Positions 38,297-46,755 of a stretch of 64,000 bases of DNA are shown here, in pieces (position 1 is the first letter of the stretch; each line of letters opens with the position of its first letter). The notes under the pieces were generated by a model, which made no database searches, had not been told where the DNA came from, and worked only from the letters and a program-made list of their open reading frames with translations. The position numbers and the translations under genes are program-made. The stretch is taken from positions 3,917 to 67,916 of the forward strand of contig CADANC010000008.1 of assembly GCA_902789225.1 (NCBI GenBank). The letters are read 5' to 3'. Origin of the DNA: an uncultured Erysipelotrichaceae bacterium. GTDB lineage: Bacteria; Bacillota_I; Bacilli_A; RF39; UBA660.

Positions 38297-40768
38297 CTAT
38301 ACTTTTTGATAATATGCATATGTTGAAGTGTTTTGCCAATTATATTGTTTCCACATATCAGTTGATGATGATGCTGGATCCATCATAGTAATTGTATCTC
38401 CTGATACTGAAACTACGGCTACCCAGTGTTGTCCGGTATTACCTTTTACTTCAGCTACTACATAATATCCTTTATCTACTAATTCTTTTAATTTACTTAA
38501 TTTTTGTTCTTTTGTATAACCTGAAACTGATTCTTGTCCTAAATATTTGAAACTAGGTACAACTGTTGTTACAGTATTCCAATATAGTGCTCCACCTGAT
38601 GTAAATCCATTATGTTTATTTAGAGCTTCAACAAATGTTCCAGGGTTAAAATCGTCTCCAACAATAGAGGTATCAACATTAGATCTTGCTATTTGCATAG
38701 CTATAGATGTTACTAAACATCCTATTTCTCCTAAAGTTTCTCCTGATGAACCCATTGGAGTAGATGACCATTTAGGATCTGATTGCATCCATTGCATGTA
38801 ATCTCCATTTAACATATTACATGTATTAGCGTCTGAACCACAATTATTCTTTTTAATATCTGAACTTCCACCATACATTGATAATAAGATTTGCTTGTAA
38901 TCATTTCCTGAATTTGCTAAAGAAATCATTCTATTTGTTTCAGATGATTTATAATCTGAATAATAGACATTTCCTGAAGAGTTTACTAAAACTTCTCCTT
39001 CTACTTCACTTGCCCATTTTCTTAGTTTTGAGTCTTCTGGCATTGGGTCTCTTACTTTATTTGGATGATCTAGTCCAGGATATACCATACCATTTTGACC
39101 ATCTATATTTGATGAGCATCCCATATCAGGATCACAATATACTTGATCTTGTGTACATGCTGCAACTTGTAAAACCCATCCATCTCCTTCTTGCTTAAGA
39201 GAATGCCATCCTCCCATATCTGTAGGACGAGCTAAAATATAACTTCTTGCAGCTACTAATTGAGCTTTAAATGCTTGTTCTGGTGCGTCATCACCTATTT
39301 CTTGATAAGCAACACCTAATATATATTTTTCAAATGGAACTAAATCTGCACCTTCTAGAGGTTTACCATCAGTTCCTCCATAACTTCCACCACATTGCAT
39401 TAATCTAACACTAATTTCATTAATACTCAAGTTTTTAGATACATTTCCTCTTCCGGGTATATAGAAACCTTTAATATCATATGAACATTTACCTGAACCT
39501 TCAACACACTCTTCATCTAATTTATTCTTACCAATGAAACTATAATATTTTCTCATATATTCATATACATCATCGGCCATTTTTTCATTTTCACCATCTG
39601 TATTGTCAGGAAAATAATCAGGAAATACTTTATAGGCTAAATTGTATTTTGAGTCTTCTTCACTTTCTACGAAAGCATTTGCAATTTTTCTAAGTCTATT
39701 TTTTGAATAATATTCATAAGTATATTTAGAATCTTTTTGGTAAATTATGTGGTATACAGCAACTATTTTTAATGTTTTATTTAGGTCTCCTGATGAGACA
39801 TCATTTCCGGCTACTTCAACTACTCGATCCATAAAATCTTCTCTTTCGTCATCTGTAACTACGTAATCAACATTACCGGTATCTCCTCCAGCAGCTTGGT
39901 TTGCAGCTAGGGCATCATCATATTCTCCAGAGACAATATTTCCTCCACCGACTACTATGATAGCTGCTAAAAAAGAGAAAACTATAGGAAATAAAAGTAT
40001 TACAACTATAATTGCATTTTTTCTTATAAAAGCTGTTACTTTTCCTCCACTCATTGTGCCATCATCTTGGCTTAGTGGAGTGTCTTTTTCTTTATCATCA
40101 CTAGGTTTACTACTATTTCCATCTTTACCATTATCTTTTCTAGAATTAGAAAAATCAGGTGCGGATTGGGCACCTGTATATGAAGCTGGCATTGATCCGT
40201 GGATTTTCATTTCACCATTATTACTTGCTATTTCACTTCCAGGATTTGGCTTTCCACCAGCGGCTCCAGCTTTACCCATGTTAGTTGCTCCAGCGCCACC
40301 TGCAGCTCCATTTGCACCACTTGCTCCTCCTGTTGCGCCTCCGGCAGCTCCACCGCCATTTTTGGCACTCATCATTCTTGCGCCTTGGCCTATTTTATCA
40401 CTTGCACCACTTTCACTAAGTTTGTTTGATGCATCTTGAATCTTTTTTCCTCCAGGAGCTACTTTATTTGCTTTATTCATTGCCTTTCCTAAAGCTTCAG
40501 TAGATTTACCTCCTGTTATTTTATCTGCTCCTTTTACAACAGCACCTGCAGCCATTGCATAAGGATTTTTAGAAGCGATTGCGACATCAGCGGCATTTCT
40601 AATATTATTAGCATTATTTTTGGCATTTCTTTCATCTTGTGACATTTGATTGTCATTACCATTACCACTATCTCTCATGCTTGCAGATTGGCTTGGATTG
40701 TAATAATTTGATCCACGTGTCCCATCTCCACCATTTCTACTTGCTTGATAAGCCACTGATATCACCAC
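38297..40768 (-). CDS. T4SS-associated bifunctional cell-wall hydrolase (SpoIID-like domain plus C-terminal papain-fold C39/CHAP-like cysteine peptidase)
   Basis: 823 aa. The N-terminal ~250 aa are Gly/Ala/Asn-rich low complexity and are followed by a TM segment. YILGVAYQEIGDDAPEQAFKAQLVAARSYILARP resembles the SpoIID/LytB core. The C-terminal ...LGEIGCLVTSIAMQI...GQHWVAVVSVSGDTITMMDP is a Cys/His peptidase pattern. The start is uncertain (GTG at 40768 or 40759). Confidence 0.7.
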   Translation of the reverse strand: MVISVAYQASRNGGDGTRGSNYYNPSQSASMRDSGNGNDNQMSQDERNAKNNANNIRNAADVAIASKNPYAMAAGAVVKGADKITGGKSTEALGKAMNKANKVAPGGKKIQDASNKLSESGASDKIGQGARMMSAKNGGGAAGGATGGASGANGAAGGAGATNMGKAGAAGGKPNPGSEIASNNGEMKIHGSMPASYTGAQSAPDFSNSRKDNGKDGNSSKPSDDKEKDTPLSQDDGTMSGGKVTAFIRKNAIIVVILLFPIVFSFLAAIIVVGGGNIVSGEYDDALAANQAAGGDTGNVDYVVTDDEREDFMDRVVEVAGNDVSSGDLNKTLKIVAVYHIIYQKDSKYTYEYYSKNRLRKIANAFVESEEDSKYNLAYKVFPDYFPDNTDGENEKMADDVYEYMRKYYSFIGKNKLDEECVEGSGKCSYDIKGFYIPGRGNVSKNLSINEISVRLMQCGGSYGGTDGKPLEGADLVPFEKYILGVAYQEIGDDAPEQAFKAQLVAARSYILARPTDMGGWHSLKQEGDGWVLQVAACTQDQVYCDPDMGCSSNIDGQNGMVYPGLDHPNKVRDPMPEDSKLRKWASEVEGEVLVNSSGNVYYSDYKSSETNRMISLANSGNDYKQILLSMYGGSSDIKKNNCGSDANTCNMLNGDYMQWMQSDPKWSSTPMGSSGETLGEIGCLVTSIAMQIARSNVDTSIVGDDFNPGTFVEALNKHNGFTSGGALYWNTVTTVVPSFKYLGQESVSGYTKEQKLSKLKELVDKGYYVVAEVKGNTGQHWVAVVSVSGDTITMMDPASSSTDMWKQYNWQNTSTYAYYQKV

Positions 40769-40790
40769 CTAACTTTTTATATTGTTATTA

Positions 40791-42581
40791 TTAGAATCCT
40801 CCACCTGTACCGAATGATTCTAATTCATCTTTTGTTACTGTAACATTAATTTGCATTCTTCTATTTCCGCATACAAATAATGCTTCACCTTGAGAGTATC
40901 TCTTGATACCTTCTTTTTCACTTTCATTTAAATCAATTAATAATGATAAATCTTCTACTGCTTGTTTTCTTAATCCCATTACTAAGTAATAAGAAGAGTT
41001 ATCAAATATTGCTTTTCCTTGAGTAATTACAGCAGGATCTGAGAAATCAGATGGTTGTTGTGTAATAATTATTGTACCTGTATTATATTTACGTGCACGA
41101 CGTTGAACTTGTGCTAAGAAGTCAGCTCCTTGAGAGTTCTTGTCACCTAATAATACATGTGCTTCATCAACCATTAATACTGTATTTACATTAAAATCTA
41201 AACATAGACCCCAAGCGTATTTTAATACATTGAAGAATAATGCGTTTCTAACATTTGAGTCTGAATTCATTAATTCTTTAATATTAAATACCATGAAATC
41301 TGAATCTTTTCTTAATGTTGTTTTACCATCAAAGTAGAATTTTAATTCATTTGTAATTGGTCTAACTTTTAACTCTAGACGTTCCATAATATCACGTTCT
41401 TGAGTTTGATCTGTCATTGCCATTAACTTACCTTTGATAGTTGCATATACATCACTGAATGTTGGGTAATCAGCAGATGTAAATCTTGAGAAATCTGTAT
41501 TAAAATCTATACCAAATCTTTTATATGTTTCTTGAACTATTTCAGAGAACATTGTTAATACATCTTCTTCAATAGATGGATCGTAGTATACCATAAATGC
41601 TTTTAAGAATTGAAGAGTTCTTGTTAATACTGTATAACCTAAACCCTGTTTAATTTCTTCTTCATCAGCATCTATAATAACTTCCAATGGGTTAATTAAA
41701 CCAAATTCTCCACCTTTACCTATATCTACTGTATCTCCACCAAATGTTTCAGTCATTTCTCTAAACTCATCTTCTGGGTCAATTATTACTATTTGACAAC
41801 CATTTCTAATATGAGTTCTTAACATTAGTTTAGCTGCTGTAGATTTACCTGAACCTGATGTACCTAGAATAATCATATTAGCATTATTTCTATTATTTTC
41901 TTTTCTTATTTTATATAAGAATTGGTTAAATAGAATAACTCCTCCAGAGAAGTCTACTCCTAATAATGTTGATAATCCTGGGTCTTTTATACTATCGAAG
42001 ATAAATGGATACATAGCTGATATAGTAACACTAGGAATTGGAGTACCAATTCTTTCTTCAATTTCTTGTTTAGGGAAAATTGGAAGAATAGATTTAAGAA
42101 CCTTTTCTTGTTCAAATCTTAATGATACAGCTTTTAATTCCATAGCATCTAGATAGTTTTTAACATTAACTTTCTTTAATTCTAAGTCTTCTTTTGTATC
42201 AGCAGTTATCATGATATGCATTTGAAAATCGAATATTCTTGCTTGAGAACCTGCTAACATAGATGTGAAATATTCTAAACTTTCAGCATCTTGTCTAATA
42301 CGTTCTTTTGCTGTTTGATCATGTTCATTTTTATAATCTTCTTTTAATTCAGCTACTTGTTTATTTAACATTTTAGCCATTTGACTAAAAGGTACTGGAA
42401 TATGTTTTACAACAACTTTTATTCCAGACATATTTGTTAATGAAGATAAATATCCTGGCATTATGTACTTAGGATATGAAACTACTGTCATGATAGTTGC
42501 ATATTTATCGCTTATAAAGAATTCACTTGCTGAGAAGTGTAATCCTTTAGGAGCTAATTGTGATTTCATATTCATACTCAT
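40791..42581 (-). CDS. VirB4-family T4SS ATPase (core part)
   Basis: 596 aa. Walker A ILGTSGSGKSTAAK, IIDPEDE, Walker B LMVDEAH, RKYNTGTIIITQ, and an N-terminal ...APKGLHFSASEFFISDKYATIMTVVSYP block typical of Gram-positive VirB4 proteins. Confidence 0.9.
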   Translation of the reverse strand: MSMNMKSQLAPKGLHFSASEFFISDKYATIMTVVSYPKYIMPGYLSSLTNMSGIKVVVKHIPVPFSQMAKMLNKQVAELKEDYKNEHDQTAKERIRQDAESLEYFTSMLAGSQARIFDFQMHIMITADTKEDLELKKVNVKNYLDAMELKAVSLRFEQEKVLKSILPIFPKQEIEERIGTPIPSVTISAMYPFIFDSIKDPGLSTLLGVDFSGGVILFNQFLYKIRKENNRNNANMIILGTSGSGKSTAAKLMLRTHIRNGCQIVIIDPEDEFREMTETFGGDTVDIGKGGEFGLINPLEVIIDADEEEIKQGLGYTVLTRTLQFLKAFMVYYDPSIEEDVLTMFSEIVQETYKRFGIDFNTDFSRFTSADYPTFSDVYATIKGKLMAMTDQTQERDIMERLELKVRPITNELKFYFDGKTTLRKDSDFMVFNIKELMNSDSNVRNALFFNVLKYAWGLCLDFNVNTVLMVDEAHVLLGDKNSQGADFLAQVQRRARKYNTGTIIITQQPSDFSDPAVITQGKAIFDNSSYYLVMGLRKQAVEDLSLLIDLNESEKEGIKRYSQGEALFVCGNRRMQINVTVTKDELESFGTGGGF

Positions 42582-43180
42582 ACTGGCATCACCGTTCCAA
42601 ATCCTGTAGTAGTTCCACCGTTTAAGAAGTTATCTAAAATAACTCTTAAATCTTCGTTACTAACTTGACTTGCATTTAATCCACATGTAGCAAGCCCATT
42701 TATCATCATTCTTATTCTTTTATCAATTACATCTCGATCTTTTTCTTTGAATAGGAAGAAGTATTCTGTATCAACTATGTTATTTCTAATAAATGTTTGT
42801 CCTTTTTCCATATCTTGTGCAATTACTTTTCTAATTGCTGGAGCACTAGCTTCATTGTATAGAAGCTGTAATTGAGACATATATACACTAATATCAACTG
42901 GTCTATCAGCTACAACTAACCAGAATTCAAAATCTAACATATTGTAAAAATTCTTTAATCCAGTCAATACTCTATTTTGACTATCTGCATCTAAGATAAA
43001 GATATTTCTAGGAGATATTTTTACTCCTGTAACTAATTCTCTTCTAGTTGTAACTATACAATTATTTTGTATACCACGAACTGGTAACCAATCTTCAGTC
43101 CATTGACTAGATGTAGCTTTTTTACTAGTGCTACTGCTTTTTTTGCTGCTTACTGATTGTTTTTTTACTGTTGTTGCCAT
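42578..43180 (-). CDS. T4SS protein resembling the detached N-terminal domain of Gram-positive VirB4 (Tn916 Orf16/TcpF type)
   Basis: 200 aa. WLPVRGIQNNCIVTTRRELVTGVKISPRNIFILDADSQNRVLTGLKNFYNMLDFEFWLVV parallels my recalled N-terminus of Tn916 Orf16. The stop overlaps the virB4 ATG (ATGA). Confidence 0.45.
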   Translation of the reverse strand: MATTVKKQSVSSKKSSSTSKKATSSQWTEDWLPVRGIQNNCIVTTRRELVTGVKISPRNIFILDADSQNRVLTGLKNFYNMLDFEFWLVVADRPVDISVYMSQLQLLYNEASAPAIRKVIAQDMEKGQTFIRNNIVDTEYFFLFKEKDRDVIDKRIRMMINGLATCGLNASQVSNEDLRVILDNFLNGGTTTGFGTVMPV

Positions 43181-43475
43181 AGTCTACACACCAACCTCTC
43201 CATTTATATTGTTGTCTATTGCTTAAAAATTCCACTAAATCCATAATTATTTGTAACATATTATGATAGTAAGGCACAGGAAGAACTAGGAATGCACATA
43301 TTAATCCTGGTGCCAAAGCTAGTATAACTAGCGTTAATTGTGTTAATGGAACTACTAGTAATAGTACTAATGATAATCCTATACCACTAGCAAGAAGAAT
43401 TAAATCGAAAGGTCTAAATAGACCTAAGATTAATTGTCCTTGCTTTGTGTTTGCAGGAATTAGAAAATTATTCAC
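43131..43475 (-). CDS. VirB3/PrgI/TcpE-like small two-TM T4SS protein
   Basis: 114 aa. The N-terminal ...NTKQGQLILGLFRPFDLILL is followed by two TM helices. It lies directly upstream of the VirB4 genes. Confidence 0.5.
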   Translation of the reverse strand: MNNFLIPANTKQGQLILGLFRPFDLILLASGIGLSLVLLLVVPLTQLTLVILALAPGLICAFLVLPVPYYHNMLQIIMDLVEFLSNRQQYKWRGWCVDYGNNSKKTISKQQKKQ

Positions 43476-43495
43476 TTATATCACACTCCTTAATC

Positions 43496-45760
43496 CTATG
43501 GTGTAGGACCTCCAGGTGGTCCAACTGGTCCACCGCCTACAGGGTTGTTTTGTCCTTGACCAACACTTACACCAGCAACTTGAGTAAATCCTGTTTCTGC
43601 TTCATTAGAAGCATCTTTAACTGAATTTGGATCCCATCTGTTGTCTGTTCTTGCTGTTCTATCATCAGTCCAGTTCTCTCTAGTTCCTGTAATTCTACTT
43701 GGTAGATCTTGATGTTGAGTACCAGGATTAAATACAACTTCATTATTAAAGTCATACTCATAACGATAATCAGAAGCTCCTGGTCCAGTAGGTATACGTC
43801 TAGATACACTTGTATTTGTTCCATGGATAAAGTATTCATCATATCCATTTGCATCAGTTCTTCTATCATATAGAACATTTCCTTGTCTATCGATTAAGTT
43901 ACCGCTTTTATCTTGAACATACATATCTGGTCTACGACTAGCTGCTTCAGCTGGTGCTGCTCTACCAGGTATATGAGCTTGTCTAACACGTTCTCTAAGA
44001 CTTGGTCTATGTTCTTCTTCAAATGTAGGAGAAACTCTGTGAGTATCTGCGTATTTTTTACCTTCTTCATATTTTGATTTAGCTTTAGCAGCAGCAGTTT
44101 CTGCAGCTGTTTTTCTATCCCATAAGTCGTTAAGAGTTTGTGTATCTGCTCCTCTTTGTACAGCTTGTTGATAATTTGCTGCAGCAAAGTCTGCTTCAGC
44201 TTGTGTTCTTTGCATTTTATTCTTGGCATTTTCTAAACCTTGAGCAGTAACTCCGTAACGTCTTGCCATAGCTACATTTGCTCCACGATTAAGTCTATCT
44301 TGAATATCATTCATTAGACCACCTTGAGCTTTTGGATCTCCTGTTCTAAGTGCTGCTGCAAAGTTTGCTCCACTGTTCCATGCTGCTCCTAATGGTTGAG
44401 GTTTTCCTTCAGCTGCTCCTTGGTTAGCAGTTCTTCCTGCTTGGAATCCAGCAGCAACAGCTCCTCTTAATCCTCCACCATTTACTAATGATGCAGCTCC
44501 ACCTAATATTGCAGATAAACCAATATTTGATCCTAATGATTTAATACCTAATACATCAACTATAAATTTAGGTGCTTGTCTTGCAAATAAGAATAAACCA
44601 ATCCAGATAAAGATTATTGAAATAACTCCAATTAATCCACCTGATCCAGTAGACATTACAACACCATTAACAATCATATCTTGAATTAAGAATGTTATGA
44701 AATAGATGATTGCTAAACGAACGAATATATCTAAGTAAGTTGATACTACTGCTTTAGTCCAGTTATTAAATGATGCATTATCTTTTGAAGATGGTCCCAT
44801 ATAAGCAATAACTGGTATAGGTGCTATTAATCTAAGTACAGCTAATTTAATAGCACGAATTGCAATATCAACAGTAAATCCTAATAATATAATTGTAAAT
44901 ACTATTGCCATTACTAATGGTATGAAGAATATGTATGTAAACATATATCTGTCTTGACCTGTAATTCTTGAACCTATATCTCCTAATGCTCCAAAGAAGT
45001 TACTTGTATTACCTTGAGCACAACTTAGGTTTATCATTTCTGGTTCTAATAGTATCATTGGATCTGCGTCTAACGCAGTATATTTATCCAAAATTTTCTG
45101 GTCTATATCGTGACACATCCAGTTTTCACGAAGTTTTGCTCCTTCTTCTGTATGGTCTTCTTTTAGATTAATTCTCATAAATGCTTTAACGATGGATGCT
45201 GTAAATATTCTTGCTGAACGCTTAATTCTATCGTGATCATTAGTTGTCTGATCTGTAGTATTCGTAGCACCATCCGTTGTACCGAGGACAATTCTACCTA
45301 TTGTATTGTTAGCTAAGATTCTATATTGCAAGTCATATAAGACTCCGAATAATAAACCATTATTATTAATTTCAATTGATAATGAATTCATTCCTGAAGC
45401 ATCACCAGGAATATTAATTGGTGTTAATGCTCCAAGTAAAAGAAGTCCAATAATTATTCTTTTTATTACTGCTTGGAATCCTTCGTTCTTATCATTCATT
45501 TTCTCTGGATCAACAATTATCTGGAGTACAGTAATAGTTAATCTAAATACCATAAAAACTCCAAGTATTATTTGGACTCTACTATAAAAATTCTTAATTG
45601 TGGCATTTGTAAACAATTCAGCTGTTGCAACATTGAAAAAGATCTCATATACAACGCCTAAAAGCCAGAAGGCTGGCCTATCTAGCAAAGTAAAAACTGT
45701 TCTAACTAAGTCGTTTAAGACGTTCGCATGAGTTTCAGTTGTTTCTATATCCAAAATCAT
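43496..45760 (-). CDS. VirB6/TcpH/Orf15-like polytopic T4SS channel protein
   Basis: 754 aa with about 7-8 predicted TM helices in the first ~440 aa. A long Ala/Gly/Gln/Pro-rich soluble C-terminal region ends in GGGPVGPPGGPTP. Confidence 0.6.
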   Translation of the reverse strand: MILDIETTETHANVLNDLVRTVFTLLDRPAFWLLGVVYEIFFNVATAELFTNATIKNFYSRVQIILGVFMVFRLTITVLQIIVDPEKMNDKNEGFQAVIKRIIIGLLLLGALTPINIPGDASGMNSLSIEINNNGLLFGVLYDLQYRILANNTIGRIVLGTTDGATNTTDQTTNDHDRIKRSARIFTASIVKAFMRINLKEDHTEEGAKLRENWMCHDIDQKILDKYTALDADPMILLEPEMINLSCAQGNTSNFFGALGDIGSRITGQDRYMFTYIFFIPLVMAIVFTIILLGFTVDIAIRAIKLAVLRLIAPIPVIAYMGPSSKDNASFNNWTKAVVSTYLDIFVRLAIIYFITFLIQDMIVNGVVMSTGSGGLIGVISIIFIWIGLFLFARQAPKFIVDVLGIKSLGSNIGLSAILGGAASLVNGGGLRGAVAAGFQAGRTANQGAAEGKPQPLGAAWNSGANFAAALRTGDPKAQGGLMNDIQDRLNRGANVAMARRYGVTAQGLENAKNKMQRTQAEADFAAANYQQAVQRGADTQTLNDLWDRKTAAETAAAKAKSKYEEGKKYADTHRVSPTFEEEHRPSLRERVRQAHIPGRAAPAEAASRRPDMYVQDKSGNLIDRQGNVLYDRRTDANGYDEYFIHGTNTSVSRRIPTGPGASDYRYEYDFNNEVVFNPGTQHQDLPSRITGTRENWTDDRTARTDNRWDPNSVKDASNEAETGFTQVAGVSVGQGQNNPVGGGPVGPPGGPTP

Positions 45761-45782
45761 AAAATCACTTCTTTTCTATTAA

Positions 45783-46247
45783 TTAACCACCTATTCCACA
45801 CATTGGATCTGATGTTAGATTAAATACGTCTAATAATAGTTTTACTACTGATGGTATTAAGAATAATAATCCTGCCATTACCAATCTGGTTGTTAAATGT
45901 CCTTTAGCTTTCTTCATTGTATCATCATCACTCTTAACTATAGCTTGAGCAAATTCTATACCACTAAGTACGATTACTGCTAGAGGTCCTAATACTCTCA
46001 TCCAGTTTAAAACAGTAAATAATAGCCAAGCGACTGAATTTGGATCACTAGGACTTCCTAGTAGTGAATTACAGTCTCCTGTACTCTGATTATTTACTTC
46101 ATTATTATAATCATTAATCCATGCGGTATCATTCTCATCTGCTATTTGAACATAATCAGATAATGTTACAGCATGAACATTTATATTAACACTATTTATT
46201 ATAAAAAGTGAAAAAATTGTTATAAAAATAATTAAAATCTTCTTCAT
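45783..46247 (-). CDS. VirB2/TrbC-like hairpin (pilin-like) protein with signal peptide
   Basis: 154 aa with a signal peptide (...NINVHA/VT), then TM, a short charged loop (KSDDDTMKKAKGHLTTR) and a second TM. Cys residues flank the hairpin. Confidence 0.5.
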   Translation of the reverse strand: MKKILIIFITIFSLFIINSVNINVHAVTLSDYVQIADENDTAWINDYNNEVNNQSTGDCNSLLGSPSDPNSVAWLLFTVLNWMRVLGPLAVIVLSGIEFAQAIVKSDDDTMKKAKGHLTTRLVMAGLLFLIPSVVKLLLDVFNLTSDPMCGIGG

Positions 46248-46274
46248 ATTACATCTCTTATTCCTATCATAATT

Positions 46275-46303
46275 AGTATATCAAACTAAAATTAAAATAT
46301 CAA
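46275..46303 (-). promoter_or_regulatory. Sigma-A promoter (TTGATA-N17-TATACT) for the T4SS operon
   Basis: Minus strand: TTGATA at 46303-46298, a 17-nt spacer, TATACT at 46280-46275. Confidence 0.6.
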
Positions 46304-46344
46304 TTATTTTACAATGTAATTTTGGCCTATTTTTTTTCTATTTA

Positions 46345-46375
46345 CATAAAAAAAAATAGCAAAAATTGCTATTTG
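46345..46375 (-). terminator. Rho-independent terminator after the 107-aa pilin-like gene
   Basis: Minus strand reads AAATAGCAA-TTT-TTGCTATTT followed by TTTTTTT. Confidence 0.65.
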
Positions 46376-46385
46376 TTTTTTATTA

Positions 46386-46709
46386 CTAAACTGTATCCCA
46401 ACAATCAAGCCATAAATTAGTTCCGTCAGCACCTTGAGCAACTAAATCCATAACTAAAGTTACTAAAGTTACCATTAAGAATACTAATGCTGCATAAATA
46501 AATCTCTTAATTAATTTACTTTGTGCTTCTTTGATTTCTTTTTCATCACTTGCAATAACAGCTTTTCCTAAATCAACTGTTCCGAATAAGATCAAAGCAA
46601 TTGGGATGATTACTCTAAATATTGGAAGAATTCCTTTTTTTACTATCTTTATGAAAGGTCTTAAGTTTTCGCAAGCATCTCCTATTAATAAAAAATTATT
46701 CATAAACAT
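46386..46709 (-). CDS. VirB2/TrbC-like hairpin (pilin-like) protein, short paralog
   Basis: 107 aa (or 105 from the ATG at 46703). It has TM, loop ASDEKEIKEAQSKLIKR and a second TM, in the same layout as 45783-46247, with flanking Cys residues. It has its own promoter and terminator. Confidence 0.5.
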   Translation of the reverse strand: MFMNNFLLIGDACENLRPFIKIVKKGILPIFRVIIPIALILFGTVDLGKAVIASDEKEIKEAQSKLIKRFIYAALVFLMVTLVTLVMDLVAQGADGTNLWLDCWDTV

Positions 46710-46728
46710 CTCTCCTCCTCTTAATATT

Positions 46729-46737
46729 ATTATACCA
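46729..46737 (-). promoter_or_regulatory. Extended -10 promoter element (TGGTATAAT) for the 107-aa pilin-like gene
   Basis: Minus strand reads TG-G-TATAAT, about 20 nt upstream of the ATG. The nearby TTGACA is only 12 nt away, so it is not counted as a -35. Confidence 0.5.
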
Positions 46738-46755
46738 TAATTATTTTGTCAATCT

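Noticed and set aside
39957-40439. Plus-strand 160-aa Pro/Ala-rich ORF, the 76-aa ORF at 40199-40429, and many similar antisense ORFs (e.g. 652-834, 1865-2134, 2904-3200, 6234-6611, 9484-9906, 14998-15354, 19715-20086, 26105-26446, 36325-36657, 46946-47365)
   Set aside because: These are shadow ORFs on the opposite strand of long, well-supported minus-strand genes. The Pro/Ala-rich ORF is simply the mirror of the Gly/Ala-rich low-complexity region of the hydrolase gene.
43567-44229. Two minus-strand ORFs (103 and 111 aa) inside the VirB6-like gene in another frame
   Set aside because: They are fully nested in the 754-aa ORF, have Leu/Gln/Lys-rich nonsense-like composition and lack an RBS. 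They are alternative-frame artefacts.
46747-46752. TTGACA hexamer as the -35 box for the 107-aa pilin-like gene
   Set aside because: It lies only 12 nt from the TATAAT, too close for a functional -35/-10 pair. The promoter call rests on the extended -10 (TGnTATAAT) instead.
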